A program made the position numbers and the translations under genes. Below the pieces are notes generated by a model that saw nothing but the letters and a program-made list of their open reading frames with translations, was not told where the DNA came from and did not search any database. Below are positions 10,402 to 17,656 of a stretch of DNA of 60,840 nt, piece after piece (positions within the stretch are counted from its first letter, which is position 1; every line of letters begins with the position of its first letter). The stretch spans positions 1 through 60,840 of the forward strand of contig DASSPG010000218.1 of the NCBI GenBank assembly GCA_035699725.1, in the 5' to 3' direction. This DNA is from Candidatus Limnocylindrales bacterium. Lineage in GTDB: Bacteria > Chloroflexota > Limnocylindria > Limnocylindrales > CSP1-4.

Positions 10402-11496
10402 ATGCTCCTGGCCCGACGAAACCTGACTCACGACCGCGTCCGGCTCATCCTCAGCATCACCGGCGTCGCCCTTTCGGTGATGCTCATCCTCCTCCTCGCG
10501 GGGTACCTGGCCGGCATCTACCGGCAGGCCTCGGCGTACCTCGAGAACGCGCCGGGCTCCGTCGTGGTCGCCCAGAGGGGCGTCCGGACATTTGCCGGAT
10601 CGAGCTCATTCCTCTCGCCCGAGATCCTCGGGGCCGTGCGGGCGACGCCCGGCGTGGAGCGGGCCGTCCCGATCGTCATGCTTGCGGCGGTGCTGGAGCT
10701 CCATGACCGCAAGGAGATCGCGAGCCTCGTCGGCTACGACCCCAGCCAGGGGGGCGGGCCGTGGAAGCTCGCCGATGGCCAGGTTCCCGCGGCAGACGAC
10801 GAGGTGGTCGTGGATCGGGTGCTGGCAAACCAGCACGGCATCGCCGTGGGGACAGCGGTGCGGATCCTCGATCGGCAGTTCACGGTCGTCGGGCTGTCAG
10901 AGGGCACGTCGCTCTGGATCGGCTCCTATGCCTTCGCACGTGCGGCGGCTGTGCAGGGCCTGCTCCGTGCGCCCGGCGTCTGGAGCGCGATCTTCGTCAT
11001 GCCGGCCGCCGGTGTCAGCGAGGCTGACGTCGTCCAGGCCGTCTCCATCCCCGGGGTCGAGGCGTTCGCGAAGATCGAGAAGATCGAGGCCGACCGGAAG
11101 GGGATCGCCCGGATCTACGACGCGCCGCTCGGGCTGATGGTCGCGATCGCGTTCGTGGTCGGCGTGCTTGTCGTTGGGCTCGTGATCTACACGGCGACGA
11201 TCGAGCGACGCCGCGAGTACGGCGCGCTCAAGGCCATCGGGATGCGCAACAGGACGCTGTACCGGCTCGTGGCGAGCCAGGCACTGATCGCCGCGGTCGC
11301 GGGCGGGCTGCTCGGCGTGGCCCTGGCTGTTGGCGTCGGCGCACTGCTCAATGCGCTTCGTCCACAGTTCCCGGTCGTCATCGAGCTCGAGGCGATCGCG
11401 AAGGCGCTCGCCGCGAGCCTCGCGATGGCGGTCATCGCGGCACTCGCTCCGGCTCGCGCGATGGCCGGCCTGGCGCCGGCGGAGGTGTTCCGATGA
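10402..11496 (+). CDS. ABC transporter permease, FtsX/MacB type (large extracytoplasmic domain)
   Basis: N-terminus MLLARRNLTHDRVRLILSITGVALSVMLI, an extracytoplasmic loop of about 200 aa, and a C-terminal FtsX helix bundle (RRREYGALKAIGM). ATG at 10402 was chosen. Confidence 0.88.
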   Translation: MLLARRNLTHDRVRLILSITGVALSVMLILLLAGYLAGIYRQASAYLENAPGSVVVAQRGVRTFAGSSSFLSPEILGAVRATPGVERAVPIVMLAAVLELHDRKEIASLVGYDPSQGGGPWKLADGQVPAADDEVVVDRVLANQHGIAVGTAVRILDRQFTVVGLSEGTSLWIGSYAFARAAAVQGLLRAPGVWSAIFVMPAAGVSEADVVQAVSIPGVEAFAKIEKIEADRKGIARIYDAPLGLMVAIAFVVGVLVVGLVIYTATIERRREYGALKAIGMRNRTLYRLVASQALIAAVAGGLLGVALAVGVGALLNALRPQFPVVIELEAIAKALAASLAMAVIAALAPARAMAGLAPAEVFR

Positions 11497-12617
11497 GCGC
11501 GACATGGCTGCTGGCCAGACGCAACCTCCTCCGCAGTCGCGCCCGCCTGACCGTGTCGATCGGAGGGGTTGCCCTGGCCTTGACACTCGTCCTCGCCCTC
11601 GACGCGATCTTCGAGGGCGTTTCGCGCCAGCTGACCGCATACATCGACCGGTCGGGCGCCGACGTCTGGGTGGCCCAATCCGGCGTCCGCAACCTTCATA
11701 TGGTCGCCTCGTGGCTGCCGGCGACGACGACCGACGCCGTGGCCGATCTCGAAGGTGTCGCACTCGCCGAGCCGATCCTGTACACCACCGACTCCATGTC
11801 GGCCGGCGACGAGCGCGGCTGGGCGTATGTCATCGGCCTCACGCCCGACGCCACGATGGGCGGTCCGTGGGACGTCGTCGAAGGTGCCGGGCAAGCAGGT
11901 TCCGGCGAGGCCGTCATCGACCGGCGCTTCGCGCAGCGGGCCGGCGTCGGGATCGGCGACCGGGTGACCCTGCTCGGCCGCGAGTTTCGGATCGCGGGCC
12001 TCACCGACGGGACCGCGAGCCTCGTCAACTCGGTCGCCTTCGTATCGTTCGACGACTTCGCCGCGCGGCGCGGTGGCGAGCCGGCCGTCAGCTTCGTCCT
12101 CGTCAGGGCAGCCGACGGCGTCTCGCCCGACACGCTCGCGCAAGTCATCGGATCGAACGTCGACGGCGTGACCGCGCAGTCGAGGGTGGCGTTCGGCCTC
12201 GCCGAGAGGAAGCTGGCGCTGGACATGAGTGGCGACGTCATCTCGATCATGAACGTGATCGGGTTCGTCGTGGGCCTCGCCGTCGTCGCTCTCACGGTCT
12301 ACATCGCGACGCTGGCGCTGCGGCGGGAGTATGGCTCGCTCAAGGCCGTTGGCGCGTCCGGTGGGTACCTGTATCGCGTCGTCCTCGCCCAGGCGGGACT
12401 GAGCGTCGCCGCCGGCTTCCTCGCCGCGGTCGCCATCACGGCCGCGTTGAGCCTGATCGTCCCGCGCACCGGCGCGAACCTTGAGCTCGCGATCGCCGGC
12501 GCATCGCTCACCAAGGTCGGCATCGTCGCCGCCGTGATCGCCGCGCTCGCCGCGCTGCTCCCGATCCGCCAGATCGCGAATCTCGATCCCGCCCTCGTCG
12601 CCCGGGAAGGAGTCTGA
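11493..12617 (+). CDS. ABC transporter permease, FtsX/MacB type (paralog of the preceding gene)
   Basis: 4-nt overlap with the previous permease. Same architecture: LLARRNLLRSRARLTVSIGGVAL and LRREYGSLKAVGA. Confidence 0.88.
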   Translation: MSATWLLARRNLLRSRARLTVSIGGVALALTLVLALDAIFEGVSRQLTAYIDRSGADVWVAQSGVRNLHMVASWLPATTTDAVADLEGVALAEPILYTTDSMSAGDERGWAYVIGLTPDATMGGPWDVVEGAGQAGSGEAVIDRRFAQRAGVGIGDRVTLLGREFRIAGLTDGTASLVNSVAFVSFDDFAARRGGEPAVSFVLVRAADGVSPDTLAQVIGSNVDGVTAQSRVAFGLAERKLALDMSGDVISIMNVIGFVVGLAVVALTVYIATLALRREYGSLKAVGASGGYLYRVVLAQAGLSVAAGFLAAVAITAALSLIVPRTGANLELAIAGASLTKVGIVAAVIAALAALLPIRQIANLDPALVAREGV

Positions 12618-12620
12618 ACC

Positions 12621-13529
12621 GTGAGCGCCCTCACCCTTGACGTTCAACACGTCACGAAGCGCTACGGGGACGGCGATACCGCAGTCACAGCCGTCCGCGA
12701 CGTGTCGCTTGCGGTCCAGCCCGGCGAGGTCGTCCTCATCATGGGCCCCTCCGGCTCGGGCAAGACGACCCTCCTGTCGATGATGGGCGCCCTTCTGCGA
12801 CCCACCTCCGGCGCGATTCACCTCGACGGGTCGGCGCTCAGCGAGCTCTCCGAGGGCCGCCTGCCGGCGATCCGCCTCCACCAGTTCGGGTTCATCTTCC
12901 AGGACTTCAATCTCCTCTCGGCACTCACGATCCGGGAGAACGTCGCTCTGGTGGCCGAGCTCGCCGGGTCGAAGCGCAAGGCGGCCCGCGAGAAGGCGAC
13001 CGAGATCCTGACCGACCTCGGTCTCGGTGCGCGGCTCGACTTCCTCCCGGAGAAGCTGTCGGGCGGCGAGAAGCAGCGGGTGGCCATCGCGCGGGCGCTC
13101 ATCAACGATCCCGCGCTCATCCTGGCGGACGAGCCCACGGCCAACCTCGACTCCAAGATCGGCCACGAGATCATGCGGCTCCTGCGGAGCATCGCGAAGG
13201 AGCAGGGCCGGAGCGTGGTGATCGTCAGCCACGATCAGCGGATCCGCGACATCGCCGACCGCGTGCTCTGGCTCGAGGACGGCGAGTTCAAGGACGTCGT
13301 CAGGATGGCGACCGACCCGGTCTGTGGCATGACCGTCGAGCGGGATGACGCGGTCAGCGTCGAACGCGACGGAGAGACCTACTCCTTCTGCTCGAAGGGC
13401 TGTCGCGCGGAGTTCCTTGGCGGCGCCAAGAGCGACGGCCTGACGCACGGCCGGGCCATCGTCCGTCGAGCCCGTTCGGTGCTGGCTCAGCTGGCTTCCG
13501 GGACGGACGATCGCCAGTCCAGCGGCTGA
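12621..13529 (+). CDS. ABC transporter ATP-binding protein (MacB/LolD type) with C-terminal YHS/TRASH metal-binding domain
   Basis: Walker A GPSGSGKTT, signature LSGGEKQR, Walker B LILADEPT. The C-terminal DPVCGMTVERDDAVSVERDGETYSFCSKGCRAEF is the YHS pattern. GTG start 3 nt after the permease stop, with GGAAGGAG upstream. Confidence 0.9.
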   Translation: MSALTLDVQHVTKRYGDGDTAVTAVRDVSLAVQPGEVVLIMGPSGSGKTTLLSMMGALLRPTSGAIHLDGSALSELSEGRLPAIRLHQFGFIFQDFNLLSALTIRENVALVAELAGSKRKAAREKATEILTDLGLGARLDFLPEKLSGGEKQRVAIARALINDPALILADEPTANLDSKIGHEIMRLLRSIAKEQGRSVVIVSHDQRIRDIADRVLWLEDGEFKDVVRMATDPVCGMTVERDDAVSVERDGETYSFCSKGCRAEFLGGAKSDGLTHGRAIVRRARSVLAQLASGTDDRQSSG

Positions 13530-13821
13530 TGTCGTCGTCGAGGCGGCTCGCGCGGCTGTCGCGACGCGTGCATCGGGCGACGCGCCCGAACGAGGCAACG
13601 GGCGCCCGAGCTCGTCGGCCGGCTCCTCGACACCCGGCGCTGCCCCTCACGTCCAGGGCTGGGCCGCCGGCCGCCCTGGAGAGCCCCGGGTCGCTCCCTC
13701 CGCGAGGCAACGGCCGGGATGGCGAGCGCTGGAGTTCCACGTTCTAAGCCCGCTCTCAGGTGCGCCTCACTCGCGGCTCACGCCCGACCCCGAGCCTAGG
13801 ACCGATCAGGAGGGATCCTCC

Positions 13822-14196
13822 ATGAAGCCGGTCGCTCGAACTGCACTGCTGATGAGCCTCGTGATCGCACCCGTTGCCATTGGCGCGTGCCAGGCCTCGC
13901 CGCCCGGAGCGCCGACCGTCGTGTTCGAGGAGATGCGCTTTGTCCCGAACCGCCTCGACGCCATGGTGGGCGAGCCGCTTCGGGTGACGCTCATCAACAA
14001 GGGCCGGGAGCGCCACGACCTCAGCTTCCCGGCACTCCACATGCCCGGGCTCCAGGGTCTCGAGGCCATCCTCGAACCTGGTGAGACTCGGACCATCACG
14101 CTCACCTTCGACCGGCCCGGCACGCACACGTTCCAGTGCAGTGTTCCGGGCCACGCGATTTCCGGCATGACTGGAGCCGTGTTCGTCCGGCCGTGA
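13822..14196 (+). CDS. blue (type-1) copper protein, azurin/auracyanin-like, probable lipoprotein
   Basis: AGGAGGGA lies upstream. Signal plus lipobox: LLMSLVIAPVAIGAC. Copper ligand pattern: His in RERHDLSF, then FQCSVPGHAISGM (C-x4-H-x4-M). Confidence 0.85.
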   Translation: MKPVARTALLMSLVIAPVAIGACQASPPGAPTVVFEEMRFVPNRLDAMVGEPLRVTLINKGRERHDLSFPALHMPGLQGLEAILEPGETRTITLTFDRPGTHTFQCSVPGHAISGMTGAVFVRP

Positions 14197-14323
14197 CCGA
14201 GATGGAGACCGCGACCGATCGAGCCCCAGCCGTCCGGCACGCCGGCGACCGGCGTGAGCGGCTCGCACTCGGGCAGCACGACCGGCGGGGCGCGACGCCT
14301 CCATCGTCGGCGGGAGCACCCCG

Positions 14324-15388
14324 ATGAGCTCGACCCAACCGGTAGCCGCCCGGCCCGGTCCGCGCGGCGAGCAGGTCATCGAGATCGTCGCCGACCACGG
14401 GTACCGGCCGCAATCGATCGTCGCGAGAGCTGGGGTACCGCTGCGCCTCGTGTTCCGCCGGCGCGACGACGACGCCTGCATGGACCGAATCGTCTTCTCG
14501 TCTCCCCATCTCGACCGCCGCCTTGTGCGGGGCTCGGCGACCACGATCGTGCTGCCCGCGCAACCGGTGGGAGAGATCCGGTTCACCTGCGGCATGGGGC
14601 GCTACCACGGCGAGATCGAGCTCCGGGCCGAAGCCTCGTCGTCGATCGCGGCCGTGCGCGGCGCGGTGACGGACAGATTGAGGCACGGGTGGCGGCGCAT
14701 CCGCGGTCCGGTTCCACCAACCGTTGAGCAGGAGGCCATGGCCATTGTCCGATCCCGCCTCGAAGGACGAGATCAACGAGGGAGACTTCCGGCCCGAACG
14801 CGCGGGTCTGGACAACCACGGAACCATCCCATGGGAGGCACCGTCGTGAGGCACGAGCCCGAATCGACCCGCAGCGAACGTCGGGTCGCGGCGATCGCCG
14901 ACAGGCGAACGGAACGCCGTCGCAGACGCTCCGTCACCGTTCAGCACGAGCAGCGCAGGAATGCTCGGGTCCGGACTGCGGCGTTCGGCGTCGTCGCCGT
15001 CGTCGTCCTTGGCGCGGGTGTGTACCTCGCCGCCGGTGATCTGTTCGGCCAACGGGGCGCAGCGACGACCGCGGACACCATCCCCGTGCGGATGAGCATG
15101 GCCGGCTTCACGCCCGGCGAGGTCCGCATTCCCGCCGGCGAGACCGTCGCGCTCGAGCTCTGGACGACGGACGCAGCGCCCCACCTGGACAACGGCGTCC
15201 ACACGATGATCAGCGATGAACTCGGGATCTACGAGGAGCTGCCCGCGGCGGGCCCGACCGGCGAGAGCCGGCGGGTGGTCGAGTTCGAGGCGCCCGCGAC
15301 GCCGGGCACGTATGACATCTACTGCGACACGTGCTGCGGCGGGAAGGAAAGCCCGACCATGCACGGCAAGCTCATCGTCGAGGCATAG
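14324..15388 (+). CDS. bitopic protein with an N-terminal Cupredoxin_1-type domain, an Arg-rich linker, one TM helix and a C-terminal cupredoxin with a Cys-rich CuA-like motif
   Basis: The N-terminal domain (aa 16-100) carries DDDACMD and IRFTCGMGRYHG. The TM helix is AAFGVVAVVVLGAGVYLAAG (aa 219-238). The C-terminal domain carries NGVHTM and YCDTCCGGKESPTMHG. There is no in-frame stop between the two halves. Confidence 0.75.
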   Translation: MSSTQPVAARPGPRGEQVIEIVADHGYRPQSIVARAGVPLRLVFRRRDDDACMDRIVFSSPHLDRRLVRGSATTIVLPAQPVGEIRFTCGMGRYHGEIELRAEASSSIAAVRGAVTDRLRHGWRRIRGPVPPTVEQEAMAIVRSRLEGRDQRGRLPARTRGSGQPRNHPMGGTVVRHEPESTRSERRVAAIADRRTERRRRRSVTVQHEQRRNARVRTAAFGVVAVVVLGAGVYLAAGDLFGQRGAATTADTIPVRMSMAGFTPGEVRIPAGETVALELWTTDAAPHLDNGVHTMISDELGIYEELPAAGPTGESRRVVEFEAPATPGTYDIYCDTCCGGKESPTMHGKLIVEA

Positions 15389-15390
15389 GC

Positions 15391-16296
15391 GTGTCTCCCC
15401 GCCAGCCTGCGACCTGTCACGACTCGGCCCCCACCGGGTCACTCGCGGCGACGCCGGTTCTCCCCCCGCCGGCGTCGCCCCTCATCCTCGGCCTCCCCCG
15501 GCCGGCGTTCGTGCTGGCGACGGCACTCCTCGCCGTGGGGCTGGGCGCGTCGGCCTACGTCATCGCCGTCCCGTTCCAGGCGGCCTCCTTCGGCGGCCTG
15601 ACCGTGCCGGCGGTCCTCGCCGCAGGGATCGCCGACGGGTTCAACCCGTGTGCCTTCGCCCTGCTCGTCCTCTTCGCGACCTACACGCTCACACTCGTCA
15701 ACTCCGTCACCGCGGACGGCAGCCCGACGATCGAGGCGCGGCGCCGTCTGCTCGGGGCGGGCTCGCTCTACGTCGGCGCCGTCTGGGTGACCTACTTCGT
15801 CATCGGGCTCGGGCTGCTGTCGTTCCTGGGCTGGCTCGGCCAGGACCATCTGGTGACGCGCGTTGCGGCGGTCCTCGCGCTGGCGATGGCGCTGTGGATG
15901 CTCAAGGACGTCTTCCTTCCCGGTTGGGGGCCATCGATGATGGCGCCCGCCGGCACCCACGGCAGGATGCACAGGGCGATTGAACGCGGCGGCCTCGCGG
16001 GGATGCTTCTCGCCGGCGTCCTGGTCGGCATCTGCACCGTGCCCTGCTCGGGCGCGATCTATCTCGACATCGTCGCCGTCCTCAACGCCTCGGGCGGCGG
16101 CCCGACCGGTCTCGCCCTCCTGGCGCTCTACAACATCGCCTTCATCGTGCCGCTCGTGGCTCTCCTCGGCGCCGTCAGCAACCGGCGCGTGCTGGGTCGG
16201 CTCGGGCGCTGGAACCGGTCGAACAGCCCGTGGATCAAGGCAGGCCTCGCGCTTGCGGTCCTGGCGATGAGCTTCGGCTTGCTGGTGACCACGTGA
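15391..16296 (+). CDS. ccdA: CcdA/DsbD-family thiol:disulfide electron-transfer membrane protein
   Basis: GTG lies 2 nt after the previous stop. Conserved membrane Cys motifs: GFNPCAFALLVLF and GICTVPCSGAIY. Six predicted helices. Confidence 0.8.
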   Translation: MSPRQPATCHDSAPTGSLAATPVLPPPASPLILGLPRPAFVLATALLAVGLGASAYVIAVPFQAASFGGLTVPAVLAAGIADGFNPCAFALLVLFATYTLTLVNSVTADGSPTIEARRRLLGAGSLYVGAVWVTYFVIGLGLLSFLGWLGQDHLVTRVAAVLALAMALWMLKDVFLPGWGPSMMAPAGTHGRMHRAIERGGLAGMLLAGVLVGICTVPCSGAIYLDIVAVLNASGGGPTGLALLALYNIAFIVPLVALLGAVSNRRVLGRLGRWNRSNSPWIKAGLALAVLAMSFGLLVTT

Positions 16297-16430
16297 TGAC
16301 GGTTGCCGTCGATCCCGTGGCGTTCTGGCTCGGCGGGTTCGCGATCCGCTGGTACGGGCTGATCGCGGCGGCGGCGACAGCAGCGACGGCCATCGGTCGC
16401 TCGACGCGGCCAATGACCGGCCATCACTGA
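16296..16430 (+). pseudogene. lgt: probable remnant of prolipoprotein diacylglyceryl transferase (lgt), N-terminal 44 codons only
   Basis: MTVAVDPVAFWLGGFAIRWYGLI matches the conserved Lgt N-terminus (F-x-I-G-x-x-x-I-R/H-W-Y-G-L). The ATG overlaps the ccdA stop (TGATG). The ORF then degenerates and stops, and only about 90 nt remain before the convergent ackA. Confidence 0.4.
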
Positions 16431-16520
16431 CCGCCAGCGTCGCGTCCTGACCCGTTCGCCGCAACGCTGCGCCGGGCTCCCGCCCGGTCGGCCGCCGTTC
16501 GCGACGCCGCCGCCGGCGGG

Positions 16521-17645
16521 CTAGCGAGCGATCTTCGCGACGGCCTCGGCGATCACCACGTCCTCGCGCGACTCGATGCGGAGGATCGCCGGCGCCCCGG
16601 CCGCCGTCGAGATCGGCCCGTCCTGCTCGACGTCAGCGGGCACGATGGGCGCCACGCCGATGCCCCCGAGGCGGTCCACGATCCGCGCCCGGATGGTCCC
16701 GGAGTGCTCGCCGATGCCACCGGTGAAGACGACCGCGTCGACGCCGGTCAGGCACGTCGCAGCGGCGGCGATGCCGGCCGCCGCACGCCGCGTGAACATC
16801 GCCAGCGCGAGTCGCGCCCGCGCGTCGCCGGCAGCCTCGGCCGCGAGCAGGTCCCGCACGTCCGACGACAGGCCGGACACGCCCAGCAGGCCCGACCCAT
16901 GCTCGAGGGCCTCGGCCAGCTGCGCCGCGGTCGCATGGCCTTCGCGGATCAGCGCCAGCACGATCCCGGGGTCGATCGACCCCGACCGACTGCCCATCAT
17001 CAGGCCCTCGATCGGGGTCATGCCCATCGACGTGTCGACCGAACGACCGCCCTCGACGGCGGTGACGGAGCAGCCGCTGCCGAGGTGGGCGACGACGAGC
17101 CGGAGCGCTCCCGATGGCCGCCCGAGCAGCTCGGCGGCGCGGGTGACGGACCACGCGACCGACAGGCCATGGAATCCGTATCGGCGCACGCCCCAGGCCT
17201 CGGACCAGTGGGCCGGCACGGGATAGCGGTACGCGACCTCCGGCAGGCCGGCGTGGAAGGCCGTGTCGAAGGCTGCCACGTGGACGGCGTCGGGCAGCGC
17301 CGCCCGAGCCGCGCGGATCGTCTCGGCCGCGATCCGGTTGTGGAGCGGCGCATACGGCTCCAGGTCGTCGATCGCACCGAGGACGGCGTCGTCGACGCGG
17401 ACGGGACCCGTGTGGAGCGCTCCACCGTGCACGACCCGGTGACCCACCGCGGCGATCGACTCCCGGACGACCCCGGCTGCCGCGACGTCCCGCAGGACGG
17501 CATGGATGGCCGATGCGCGATCGGGCGAACGTGTCGCGTCGGCGCCCCATGCGATGGCCGTCGCGGCCAGCGCGTCCCGGCCGGGCGGCTCGATGACCGA
17601 CGCCTTCAGCGAGCTCGACCCCGGGTTCAGGACGAGAATCCGCAT
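16521..17645 (-). CDS. ackA: acetate kinase
   Basis: MRILVLNPGSSSLKASV N-terminus, VGHRVVHGG, FDTAFH, RRYGFHGLS and ends in VFTGGIGEHS. Start re-picked at 17645; the track extends to 17942. Confidence 0.95.
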   Translation of the reverse strand: MRILVLNPGSSSLKASVIEPPGRDALAATAIAWGADATRSPDRASAIHAVLRDVAAAGVVRESIAAVGHRVVHGGALHTGPVRVDDAVLGAIDDLEPYAPLHNRIAAETIRAARAALPDAVHVAAFDTAFHAGLPEVAYRYPVPAHWSEAWGVRRYGFHGLSVAWSVTRAAELLGRPSGALRLVVAHLGSGCSVTAVEGGRSVDTSMGMTPIEGLMMGSRSGSIDPGIVLALIREGHATAAQLAEALEHGSGLLGVSGLSSDVRDLLAAEAAGDARARLALAMFTRRAAAGIAAAATCLTGVDAVVFTGGIGEHSGTIRARIVDRLGGIGVAPIVPADVEQDGPISTAAGAPAILRIESREDVVIAEAVAKIAR

Positions 17646-17656
17646 CGGCCGCCGCC

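Noticed and set aside
13652-13680. Hairpin TCCAGGGC-N13-GCCCTGGA in the 292-nt spacer after the ABC ATPase gene (possible terminator separating the ABC and cupredoxin units).
   Set aside because: It has only an 8-bp stem, a large loop and no U-tract. It cannot be distinguished from background GC-rich secondary structure, so it is left unannotated.
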